The translations under genes were made by a program, and so were the position numbers. Below, in pieces: positions 29,115 to 37,131 of a stretch of DNA of 64,000 bases (positions within the stretch are counted from its first letter, which is position 1; the number at the start of each line of letters is the position of its first letter). Origin of the DNA: a virus; the IMG/VR virus record IMGVR_UViG_3300045988_123588, one strand, 5' to 3'. Under the pieces are notes generated by a model. That model was not told where the DNA came from. It searched no databases and saw only the letters and a program-made list of their open reading frames with translations.

Positions 29115-29118
29115 TTAT

Positions 29119-29244
29119 ATGAAAAGGGATTGGGAAGACTTTTGGGGCATTGTATTGCAGGTATACTTGGGAATATGTATACTTGGATGGGTATCGGTAA
29201 TTATCCTGAACATAATAGAAATGCTTAATAAACAAGGAATATGA
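29119..29244 (+). CDS. Unlisted 41-aa single-TM ORF
   Basis: MKRDWEDFWGIVLQVYLGICILGWVSVIILNIIEMLNKQGI*. It is below the ORF-track length cut-off. Confidence 0.35.
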   Translation: MKRDWEDFWGIVLQVYLGICILGWVSVIILNIIEMLNKQGI

Positions 29245-29323
29245 GAATAGACTAGGATGATATTATAGCAACTTCTATTCAGATAGTGTGTATAATAATA
29301 CTATTCAGGTTTTTCATGTGTGG

Positions 29324-29331
29324 TATTTTTG
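29324..29331 (+). promoter_or_regulatory. -7 box TATTTTTG upstream of the SF2 helicase
   Basis: It matches TAnnTTTG and lies 25 nt before ATG 29357. No clear -33 box. Confidence 0.4.
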
Positions 29332-29356
29332 GTATAATAGATATGGCAACAAGATT

Positions 29357-30784
29357 ATGATAACTATAACCATAAAGAATTGCAATGTTTGTGAATTGTC
29401 TGGCCCTGCTAAGTTCACAAACAAGTTATATGAAATGTTCCGGATTAAGCATCCGGACGCTTGGCATATAATGATGTATAGTAGGGCAAAGAACTGGGAT
29501 GGTTATGTGAAATATATTTCTGATTATGGTCAATTCAAAATAGGCCTTTTGAATAAGGTTTATAATGAATGCCGTAAAATGGGACAGAAAGTTAAAATTA
29601 TAGATAATAGACCCTCATTAGGAGTTAAACCAGTAATTCCAACAGTAATGGGGGATAAAGAATTACGGGAAGTACAGAAAGAAGCTCTAGAAAAGATACT
29701 GTATAATAAGGTTGGAGACACTCCTTTCCTTATTTGTGCATCTGATTTGGCAGTTAACTTTGGAAAGACATTGGTGTTCTGTGGATTGCATCAAGCATTC
29801 AAAAGAAAATTGAAGACTGTCTTGTTGTTGAACAGTGCAGACCTATTCAAGCAGTTCAAGAAAGAGATTCCAGAACTATTACCCGGTGAGAAAGTTGCAT
29901 TTATACAAGGAAGTAAATGTAGTGAGTGGGGTAACTTTAATGTGTGTATGGTTCAATCTCTAGCAGGCAACATAAATAAGTATCAGAAGTTCCTTTCGGA
30001 AATAGATATGGTACTTATAGATGAAGCTGATGTGATTGATAATAAGACCTATAAGACGGTAATACAACACCTATATAATTCAAGAGTACGAGTAGGATTA
30101 AGTGGTACTCTTTACATGAGTGAACTCAAGAAAAAGTTGGTTCACAACATGAATATTATGTCATTTATTGGTGATAGAGTAAACCAGGTAAAACTGGCCG
30201 AGATGATTGATAAGGGGTACTCTACTCCCATTATCTGTAAGTTGGTATATGCTCATTACAAGTATACCAAAGATGAGGATTACCCTACAGAATATCAAGA
30301 AGTAATATCTAACAATGTCAAAGCATGGAGACTCTCTTTGTCTCGAACTAAGTATAACATTCGACGCAAAAGATTGCCGGCACTCATTGTATGTAAGTTC
30401 ATAGGACACTGTGAAAACCTTTATCGGTACTACGTTAAACATCTTGGGAATCAATACAACATACAATATGTCCATCACAAGACAAAAGGGCGAGATGAAA
30501 TTCTACAAGCTTTCAGAGAGGGGAAAATAGATATACTAATCGCTACCACGATTATTTCTAGAGGTCAAAACTTCCCTGAATTAAAGTATCTGCAGAATAC
30601 TGCATCAATGGATTCTAATGAGAAGTCTTTGCAAATCTTGGGACGTCTTGCAAGAACTCACATGAATAAAAAGAAAGCCTATCTGGACGATCTTCAATTC
30701 CCGGGTAATTATCTAAAGAGACATGGGAACCATCGTAAGAACTACTACATGAAGGAGAAGTTGAAGGTGATTAAGATAGAATGA
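29357..30784 (+). CDS. SF2 (DEAD/UvsW-like) DNA helicase
   Basis: I moved the start to ATG 29357 because the track start is GTG. The motifs are NFGKT (I), LIDEAD (II), LSGTL (III), ILIATTIISRGQNF (V) and LQILGRLARTH (VI). Confidence 0.8.
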   Translation: MITITIKNCNVCELSGPAKFTNKLYEMFRIKHPDAWHIMMYSRAKNWDGYVKYISDYGQFKIGLLNKVYNECRKMGQKVKIIDNRPSLGVKPVIPTVMGDKELREVQKEALEKILYNKVGDTPFLICASDLAVNFGKTLVFCGLHQAFKRKLKTVLLLNSADLFKQFKKEIPELLPGEKVAFIQGSKCSEWGNFNVCMVQSLAGNINKYQKFLSEIDMVLIDEADVIDNKTYKTVIQHLYNSRVRVGLSGTLYMSELKKKLVHNMNIMSFIGDRVNQVKLAEMIDKGYSTPIICKLVYAHYKYTKDEDYPTEYQEVISNNVKAWRLSLSRTKYNIRRKRLPALIVCKFIGHCENLYRYYVKHLGNQYNIQYVHHKTKGRDEILQAFREGKIDILIATTIISRGQNFPELKYLQNTASMDSNEKSLQILGRLARTHMNKKKAYLDDLQFPGNYLKRHGNHRKNYYMKEKLKVIKIE

Positions 30785-30792
30785 ACCTTAAT

Positions 30793-30867
30793 TACCCGTG
30801 TATACATATATACCCGTATACAAGCACATAGGGATAATATCCCCGATACACGGGTATACGGTATATA
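30793..30867. repeat. Cluster of four ~12-nt boxes (TACCCGTGTATAC), two direct and two inverted, around a perfect 13-nt palindrome
   Basis: The direct boxes are tacccgtgtatac (30793-30805) and tacccgtatac (30811-30821). The palindrome gggataatatccc is at 30831-30843. The inverted boxes are gatacacgggtatac (30845-30859) and gtatacggtatata (30854-30867). GTATAC occurs three times. Confidence 0.85.
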
Positions 30868-30871
30868 GTTA

Positions 30872-30914
30872 CCTCTAAAATCGGTAACATATATACTTAC
30901 GGAAATTTTAGAGG
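30872..30914. repeat. 10-bp perfect inverted repeat in the leader of 30946..31377
   Basis: cctctaaaat (30872-30881) pairs with attttagagg (30905-30914) across a 23-nt spacer. Confidence 0.8.
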
Positions 30915-30945
30915 AGGTATGAAAATAAAATGACACTATTTTGAA

Positions 30946-31377
30946 ATGAAAAAGATAAATCACATAAAGGTATTAGATGAGTTATTAAACGGATTTGAAT
31001 TCAAATATGGTAGTAGGGTTCAAAATAAAATGTTTGTGAACCAGTTATTCAGACATCTGGTTAATCAAGGGGTAGATGTTGATAAGTACATAGGGTTTGG
31101 TAAAGGTGCAAAAAGAGATTCTCAAAAGATACACTTAGTGTTTGAGTATGAAGGTTTTACTTATGCCGTAGACCTTAGCCGAAAATACCCAAGAAGGTAT
31201 TCTTTAGAAAAACTATCAGGAGTTCCAGATTCGTTTGTAAAGGTTCTCTTCATAATCGATGGGGAATACAGATGGAGAGTAAAGTCAGAAGATAACTCAG
31301 TAAATCTTGTATACTCTTCCAAATTAACTAAAGAAAATACCAGCCGTAAGCCAAGTAGAAAGTCTATTAGATACTAA
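30946..31377 (+). CDS. Hypothetical protein (possible PD-(D/E)xK-like motif)
   Basis: 143 aa. VFEYEGFTYAVDLSRK is only weakly suggestive of a nuclease core. The gene lies directly downstream of the box cluster. Confidence 0.3.
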   Translation: MKKINHIKVLDELLNGFEFKYGSRVQNKMFVNQLFRHLVNQGVDVDKYIGFGKGAKRDSQKIHLVFEYEGFTYAVDLSRKYPRRYSLEKLSGVPDSFVKVLFIIDGEYRWRVKSEDNSVNLVYSSKLTKENTSRKPSRKSIRY

Positions 31378-31399
31378 CGATAATCAAACTCTCAAATAT

Positions 31400-31801
31400 A
31401 TGGCAAAGAAAAAGAAAGACAAGTTAAAAGAAGTAAGGAAGGAGTTAGAGACTGGAGATATTTTTGAGCCCATGGATATCACCAAACTTGGTTCAGGTAA
31501 CGACCCTTGTTTCGGTAAGAATTACGACTTATCGACCAAGGAATGTAAGATGTGCGGGGATTCTGAACTCTGTTGCATTAAGTTCACAGCTCTCATGGGT
31601 AAGACTCGTAAAGAGTTAGAAGCAGAAACTAAATTCAAGGATTTGGAACCTTTGGTAGATATAGAGGGTTGTAAAAAGTACTACCGCAAACTGGTAAGGG
31701 AGAAACTCGGTAAGAAGGAAATACTCGATAAGCTTCAGAGTAAGTTCGAGTTATCAAGAAAGGAAGCAAGAGACATTTATCGTAAATTCAACAGTAAATA
31801 A
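31400..31801 (+). CDS. Lys-rich Cys-cluster protein
   Basis: 133 aa with the N terminus MAKKKKDKLKE. The Cys cluster is CFGKNYDLSTKECKMCGDSELCC. Confidence 0.5.
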   Translation: MAKKKKDKLKEVRKELETGDIFEPMDITKLGSGNDPCFGKNYDLSTKECKMCGDSELCCIKFTALMGKTRKELEAETKFKDLEPLVDIEGCKKYYRKLVREKLGKKEILDKLQSKFELSRKEARDIYRKFNSK

Positions 31802-31802
31802 C

Positions 31803-32378
31803 ATGGTACAATTAGAGTTCACAAAGATTAGAGATGTTAAATCTCCAAACCGAGCTAATGAGGGAGATGCAGGTTTGGATTTTTACATACCTAAATTAAC
31901 TATTGATGACATCTTAAAGGTAGGTGAGAAACATGAGAAAGATTTCACCGGTATCAATAGAAAGATGTTTGGTTGTGGTAACATAAAATTCAAAGGCATA
32001 GATACTAATGGGTTATGTATAGCCCTTAATCCAGGAGGACGAATACTTATACCCTCTGGAATAAAGGTTCTTATCAATCCCAGGGAATCCATGCTCATGG
32101 CAGCAAACAAATCGGGAGTTGCTACTAAAGATGGATTAACATTTACAGCCGAGATAGTTGACAGTCCGTACACGGGAGAGATGCACATCGGGATTCAAAA
32201 CGCTTCTACTGAACCAGTATATATACCCCTCAGAGAAGATAAGAAGATAATGCAATTCATACATGTTCCTATCATACTCTCAACACCGGTAGAGATTACC
32301 AACGAGGAGTATGAAGAGAAAGCAAAAAACTGGGGAACAAGAGGAGATAAGGGATTTGGTGCACACGATAATAAGTAA
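31803..32378 (+). CDS. dut: Trimeric dUTPase
   Basis: All five motifs are present: GDAGLDFY, ANKSGVA, EIVDSPYTGEMH, KIMQFI and RGDKGFGAHD. Confidence 0.85.
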   Translation: MVQLEFTKIRDVKSPNRANEGDAGLDFYIPKLTIDDILKVGEKHEKDFTGINRKMFGCGNIKFKGIDTNGLCIALNPGGRILIPSGIKVLINPRESMLMAANKSGVATKDGLTFTAEIVDSPYTGEMHIGIQNASTEPVYIPLREDKKIMQFIHVPIILSTPVEITNEEYEEKAKNWGTRGDKGFGAHDNK

Positions 32379-32382
32379 GACA

Positions 32383-33288
32383 ATGGATAGTCGCGATATA
32401 AAGGAAGAACCGAAAAATATAGAGGGTAATAGATATCTTGAGGAGATATACTTTATGCAAAAGAACCTCCTATCTGGTTATATCGGTATAGAGGGGCTCC
32501 CACAGTATCCTATAGATATCAATACAAAAGCTTCTCAAACTTTACTCAAGGACTTCACTGCACGTGTAATAGAGGAGTTATCTGAGGGGTACGAATCTTT
32601 TCAGGCAGTGGATAGTATCATGCAGAACAGTCACTACAAGATTATATCTGGTGATGACCTGATATACATTGAACTACTTAATAACCTTCAAAATGCCAAT
32701 GAGGAAAATGCAGATGCAGTACACTTCTTTGTTGAGTTGCTGATATATGCTAACATTCAGCCTGATGATATCATGGCATACATGGAGAAGTGGGTAAAGG
32801 ATAACAAATGCGAACAGAGTACAGTAGATTACTTTAACTCTATACGTAATGATATCCTGTATACTGCTCAATCTATGGGAGTGAAGTGGTTGATGGATGA
32901 GAGAGATATAGAAGTAATCTTTGATAGTAACTCAACAAACCTGTTGAAGTGGTACGAAGAGAAAGACTCCGAAACTTTCCCTGAGTACAATGAGAAACTG
33001 TTGAAAGGCGGTTATAAGTATAATCACGAAAACTATGCTCTTCAATATCCGTATATACTATGGAAGATAACTCACCATTTGAACATAGCTCGTAATTTCC
33101 TGAAGAATAAACCATGGAAGCAATCTCAGGTGATGACTCAGGAGTTAAAGTATCAGGCTGAGTTGGTGAAAGCTTTCATATACTTCTGTGGTTACCTCGG
33201 ATGGATAGGTATGGATTCTAAGGAAGTGTTCTATATATACTTCAAAAAGAACCATATCAATATGTTCCGTCAAAAATCTAAGTATTAG
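32383..33288 (+). CDS. All-alpha (dimeric dUTPase / MazG-like) dNTP pyrophosphatase
   Basis: I moved the start to ATG 32383. The motifs are IEELSEGYE, EENADAVHFFVELLIYANI, NKPWKQSQV and the C-terminal YFKKNHINMFRQKSKY, which together fit the dUTPase_2-type pattern. Confidence 0.6.
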   Translation: MDSRDIKEEPKNIEGNRYLEEIYFMQKNLLSGYIGIEGLPQYPIDINTKASQTLLKDFTARVIEELSEGYESFQAVDSIMQNSHYKIISGDDLIYIELLNNLQNANEENADAVHFFVELLIYANIQPDDIMAYMEKWVKDNKCEQSTVDYFNSIRNDILYTAQSMGVKWLMDERDIEVIFDSNSTNLLKWYEEKDSETFPEYNEKLLKGGYKYNHENYALQYPYILWKITHHLNIARNFLKNKPWKQSQVMTQELKYQAELVKAFIYFCGYLGWIGMDSKEVFYIYFKKNHINMFRQKSKY

Positions 33289-33289
33289 T

Positions 33290-34282
33290 ATGAACATAGT
33301 TAGGGCAAAGAATCCTATTAAGGCCTGGGAATATTTAGTAGAGGGATTCCTACTGAAAAAACCCGAATGGTTTGGAGAAGGAGTTGGTTACAATATAACC
33401 AACTCTCTTTTCACGTACGATATGTGCATAGAGATAGAAGAAGCCAAGTTTAATCCCAAGTTTGACTTTGGTAAGTTGTTCTGTTATACCATGACTAAGT
33501 GGACTGGTTTAATAACCAACTACTTCGATTTAGATGTGCTTGATGAAGCTAAGATTATGATAAGAAAGTTGGAAGAAAATAAGGTAGTGAATAGAAACTA
33601 CCATATAGGCTTTCACTTTGCAGACAATCATAATAGTGGAAAGGGATGTCTGGTGGGTGGAATATTCTCTCGTAAAATAGGTGTAGAAAAACCAGAGATA
33701 ACTATCATTCTACGTTCATCAGATGTAGTAACCAGATTGCCTATGGATATGCTGTTATTCTGTAGACTCGGTGAATATGTATACGGACATACTGATTTCA
33801 AACTGGTACTGATTCTGAAAGCAGCTTTTGCAGATGATACAGCTATACTTATGTACAACAATCATAAGGAAATAAAGAAGGTAATGAAAGGCTGTGAAGA
33901 TGTAGAACGTAAGAGAAAGATACGCAAATCATTCAAGAGGTTGATGACCAGTGATGAGAAGGTATATAAGACTTATGGTCACAGTTTCAGAGCTTTCAAA
34001 GCTTTGAGGAAAGATCTCTCTTATAAACGTAAGTCAATGACTGCAGGTGAATTAGAGATTGGTAACTGGGATGGTATTCCTCTTCCATATCCATGTTCTT
34101 CAATACTCAAACGAAATGAGATAAAGAAGACCTACTTAAAGTTCACTAGTAAGTATGGGCTTAAATTAAAGCTGGAAAGTGAAGGTAATGAAGGCAAAAG
34201 AAAGAAGCTACTATCATTCGGAGCATCAGAAGGAGAGCCAGAAGAAGTTGGATATCAAATACCAGGACAAGAAGATGAGTAA
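33290..34282 (+). CDS. Divergent thymidylate-synthase-fold protein, paralogue 1
   Basis: TS-type motifs occur in order: YTMTKW, NRNYHIGFHF, GKGCLVG (Cys), ILRSSDVVTRLPMD and DDTAILMYNNH. The protein carries a ~90-aa basic/acidic C-terminal extension. Confidence 0.55.
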   Translation: MNIVRAKNPIKAWEYLVEGFLLKKPEWFGEGVGYNITNSLFTYDMCIEIEEAKFNPKFDFGKLFCYTMTKWTGLITNYFDLDVLDEAKIMIRKLEENKVVNRNYHIGFHFADNHNSGKGCLVGGIFSRKIGVEKPEITIILRSSDVVTRLPMDMLLFCRLGEYVYGHTDFKLVLILKAAFADDTAILMYNNHKEIKKVMKGCEDVERKRKIRKSFKRLMTSDEKVYKTYGHSFRAFKALRKDLSYKRKSMTAGELEIGNWDGIPLPYPCSSILKRNEIKKTYLKFTSKYGLKLKLESEGNEGKRKKLLSFGASEGEPEEVGYQIPGQEDE

Positions 34283-35063
34283 GCTTAAAATAAAGGGTAA
34301 CCTGTTGCAGTTCAAAACCAGCATGAAAGCTTGGGAAGGACTTAACAGGTTATTTCTGTTCAATACCCTTGGTTTGGACATAGAAAGAATTGGTAAAGCT
34401 CAATATATAAATGATTTAGTCATTAGTATTAATGAGCCTCTAGTAGACCCAGAATTTGATTTTGGTAGGCACTTCAACTACACCATGTCAAAATGGAAGT
34501 CATTAGTAGCTAATTACATTGATGAGAATAGTTTGATTGACTTAAGACAGGAAGTCAACACAGCTATGAACTCAAGGAAGATATTCAATATAGGTTATCA
34601 GTTTAATAATAAACATGCTCATGGGAAGAACTGCCTATTATCTATGACAGTGTCTAAAAAGGCTGGTATGGATAAACCCATGATAACCGTGTTCATGAGG
34701 GCATCAGAAGTTACTAAAAGATTAATATGTGATTTACTCCTCATTCAACGTATGGGAGAGTATATATTTTGCAATGGTCAGAAGTTTCAAGTATCAATAC
34801 ATTTCAGTCAGATATTTAATGATGATACTGTATTACTAATGTACCATGCTCATGAAGATTTACTAAAGCTAAGTGATAAACTTGGTATATACGACGGGAA
34901 TTGGTATGAGCGATTAGAATACCTACTAAAAGTAGACCCTGACAAGATAAAGTATAAGGTACATAAAAGAGCTTTGAAAGTACTAAGGCCAGAATTATTC
35001 AAGTACCCAAAAACTCTGGCAAAAGATTGTACACTTGGTAATGAAGACTGGCTACCATTCTAA
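34275..35063 (+). CDS. Divergent thymidylate-synthase-fold protein, paralogue 2
   Basis: I set the start to ATG 34275, giving an ATGAGTAA overlap with the previous stop. It is collinear with paralogue 1: YTMSKW, SRKIFNIGYQF, GKNCLLS, FMRASEVTKRLICD and NDDTVLLMYHAH. Confidence 0.55.
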   Translation: MSKLKIKGNLLQFKTSMKAWEGLNRLFLFNTLGLDIERIGKAQYINDLVISINEPLVDPEFDFGRHFNYTMSKWKSLVANYIDENSLIDLRQEVNTAMNSRKIFNIGYQFNNKHAHGKNCLLSMTVSKKAGMDKPMITVFMRASEVTKRLICDLLLIQRMGEYIFCNGQKFQVSIHFSQIFNDDTVLLMYHAHEDLLKLSDKLGIYDGNWYERLEYLLKVDPDKIKYKVHKRALKVLRPELFKYPKTLAKDCTLGNEDWLPF

Positions 35064-35099
35064 GATAGGGAAGTCTATTGAATTGCAAATACCAATGCA

Positions 35100-35279
35100 A
35101 TGAAAATAGAAGTAAAGAAATCTCCTTATACCAGTAAACTCGGAGGAGATATAGATATAACTTTCTCCACTGATGATGGATGGTTATTTAATACCGTGGC
35201 CAACATAAGTGTAAAAGATTTAAGGCAGCTTAAAAGAAAGGTAAGGAGGTATCTAAGTGAAGTACGAGAGGAAAGGTAA
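35100..35279 (+). CDS. Unlisted 59-aa ORF, paralogue of 35257..35457
   Basis: MKIEVKKSPYTSKLGGDIDITFSTDDGWLFNTVANISVKDLRQLKRKVRRYLSEVREER*. Its C-terminal KDLrqLkrKvRrYl matches QDLKELRKSIRKYI of the next ORF. Confidence 0.45.
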   Translation: MKIEVKKSPYTSKLGGDIDITFSTDDGWLFNTVANISVKDLRQLKRKVRRYLSEVREER

Positions 35280-35457
35280 ACCATATTTTGGAGTGGAGAT
35301 ATCCAAGGGTAAATATCCCGATAGGAATAGCAGGGATATAGAGTTATCTATATGTATCAATGCTCATCATTGGGTAGGTCTTCCCAATATGAATATTCAG
35401 GACCTAAAAGAACTACGAAAATCTATAAGAAAATATATTAAAAATAACGAACAATGA
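35257..35457 (+). CDS. Small protein, paralogue of 35100..35279
   Basis: 66 aa with a GTG start preceded by aggagg. It overlaps the previous ORF by 23 nt. Confidence 0.45.
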   Translation: MKYERKGKPYFGVEISKGKYPDRNSRDIELSICINAHHWVGLPNMNIQDLKELRKSIRKYIKNNEQ

Positions 35458-36224
35458 GAATATATTCGAACCCTTACGAGTTAATGTCAGAAACTGCTCG
35501 TAATCTTTGGGAGATGGGTAATGAGGTAAAACCACGTACCTATCAGAATAAAGTTATCGAAGGCAAAGATGACTTTATTACAAAGGAACTTATATGTGAG
35601 CAGTACTGTTTAACTCACATGGAAGACCCAGCTGCACTTTTCGTATTTACCAAGTCCAAGGACTGGGCAGATGCAGAACTAGAAGAGAGAGTAAGCGGTA
35701 GAATGGAAAATCCTGGCAAAGCTTGGGAACTTCGTAAGAATATTTGGGAAGAGTTTTTGGTCGATGGATTTTTTGACTATACCTATGCAGAACGTATGAA
35801 CGAGACAGTTTCATACAAAGGTAAAGCATTCTCTAAACTCGAGGCAGTGATAGAACTGTTAAAAACAGATAACGATACAAGAAAAGCCATATTAAATATA
35901 TATGGTGAGGACGGTTTCAATGAAGATTGCGACTCAAACTACCTTGGGGGTGAACATAGAATACCATGTTCAATGTACTACGACTTCCTCATACGGGAAA
36001 ATGCCCGAGGAGAGAAGCAGTTAAATATTTGTTATCACCAAAGGTCATCAGACTTTGTAACCCACTTCGGGAATGATGTATACCTGGCATGGAGACTCAT
36101 GGAATACGTAGCTAGAGAAGTGGGCATCAAACCTGGTTATCTCTATCATACTATTGATAGTTTGCATAGTTATAAAAAGGACTGGGTAAAGCTTAAAACT
36201 TCTATCCAGACCGAATTAAGGTAA
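35454..36224 (+). CDS. Thymidylate-synthase-family dNMP methylase/hydroxymethylase; substrate not assignable by eye
   Basis: The motifs are FDYTYAERM, DTRKAILNIYG (TS SRRIIVSAWN), RIPCSMYYDF (TS PPCH), CYHQRSSDFVTHFGND (TS YQRSxDxxLGxPFN) and IDSLHSY (TS GDxHxY). Confidence 0.75.
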   Translation: MRIYSNPYELMSETARNLWEMGNEVKPRTYQNKVIEGKDDFITKELICEQYCLTHMEDPAALFVFTKSKDWADAELEERVSGRMENPGKAWELRKNIWEEFLVDGFFDYTYAERMNETVSYKGKAFSKLEAVIELLKTDNDTRKAILNIYGEDGFNEDCDSNYLGGEHRIPCSMYYDFLIRENARGEKQLNICYHQRSSDFVTHFGNDVYLAWRLMEYVAREVGIKPGYLYHTIDSLHSYKKDWVKLKTSIQTELR

Positions 36225-36302
36225 CAAAAGAGGGTAACGGTGGTTGAACTTAGTTTCTTTTCTGTCAAGCCGAGATTAGTAGTAAAACCGTTACCTTCTT
36301 TC

Positions 36303-36376
<74 letters not shown>

Positions 36377-36465
36377 CTTATGAATCTTTACTTTGCGCTG
36401 TGGACAACGAGTCCTGATTCATTCCCAGGTACTGGACGGTAGTGATATAGACTGGTACCTAATTT

Positions 36466-36540
36466 ACGGAAGTAGCACAGTCCGGTCAGTGTACTTGCTT
36501 TGGGAGCAAGGGGTCGCAGGTTCGAATCCTGTCTTCCGTA
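36466..36540 (+). tRNA. tRNA-Pro (UGG)
   Basis: The cloverleaf is acggaag/cttccgt acceptor, gcac/gtgt D stem, cttgc-ttTGGga-gcaag anticodon arm and gcagg-ttcgaat-cctgt T arm. Confidence 0.85.
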
Positions 36541-36651
36541 CAAGGGCTATATGCTGGGTCATAACAGGAGATACGACCTCCAGCTAGCAATGGGCAATAA
36601 CCTGGTACGAGATACCAAAACCCATAATTAAAGTCGAAGGCTATAGCTTTA

Positions 36652-36690
36652 GGAGATGAGCGAAGAACAGTACCTCATCTCCCCTTTTGT
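36652..36690 (+). terminator. Hairpin plus T tract between tRNA-Pro and tRNA-Leu
   Basis: ggagatgag (36652-36660) pairs with ctcatctcc (36674-36682) around a 13-nt loop, followed by ccttttgt. It ends 5 nt before tRNA-Leu. Confidence 0.65.
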
Positions 36691-36694
36691 AAAG

Positions 36695-36780
36695 GCTCGG
36701 ATGGTGAAATAGGTAGACACGCCGGACTTAAAATCCTGTGACCAGCAATGGTCGTGCGGGTTCGATTCCCGCTCCGAGTA
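36695..36780 (+). tRNA. tRNA-Leu (UAA), type II with a long variable arm
   Basis: The sequence begins gctcggatggtgaaataggtagacac, as E. coli Leu tRNAs do. The anticodon loop is ctTAAaa, the variable arm is gtgaccagcaatggtcgt, and the T arm is gcggg-ttcgatt-cccgc. Confidence 0.85.
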
Positions 36781-36795
36781 CAAAATACCCTGAAC

Positions 36796-37131
36796 ATGAC
36801 AATCACATTCAAAGATTATCCTTGCGGTACAATTTCATTAGGTACTTCAGTAACAAGAATACCTAACTCATATCGGATTAAATCTATCCGAGATATGGAA
36901 TATATAATCAACCGTTCTAGAGAAGAAGTAAATAAAAGTCCAGCATTCCATACGTTTGCAATAAATAAAAGAACTACAGCTGGTATGATTATTGAATGGC
37001 GAGCCCATAATATGCTATATGCACTGCATATAAAAAGGAATCGGACTCGAACGGTTGACCTGGATATAAATGAACCATGGTACCGTAAAGTAGGATATGT
37101 AATATTATCAACACTATACTTAAGATGGTAG
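36796..37131 (+). CDS. Hypothetical protein
   Basis: I moved the start to ATG 36796 because the track ORF start at 36748 lies inside tRNA-Leu. 111 aa. Confidence 0.45.
   Translation: MTITFKDYPCGTISLGTSVTRIPNSYRIKSIRDMEYIINRSREEVNKSPAFHTFAINKRTTAGMIIEWRAHNMLYALHIKRNRTRTVDLDINEPWYRKVGYVILSTLYLRW

Noticed and set aside
36393-36795. ORF 36393..36587 and the first 16 codons of ORF 36748..37131
   Set aside because: Both run through tRNA genes (Pro-UGG and Leu-UAA respectively). The first is discarded, and the second is trimmed to ATG 36796.
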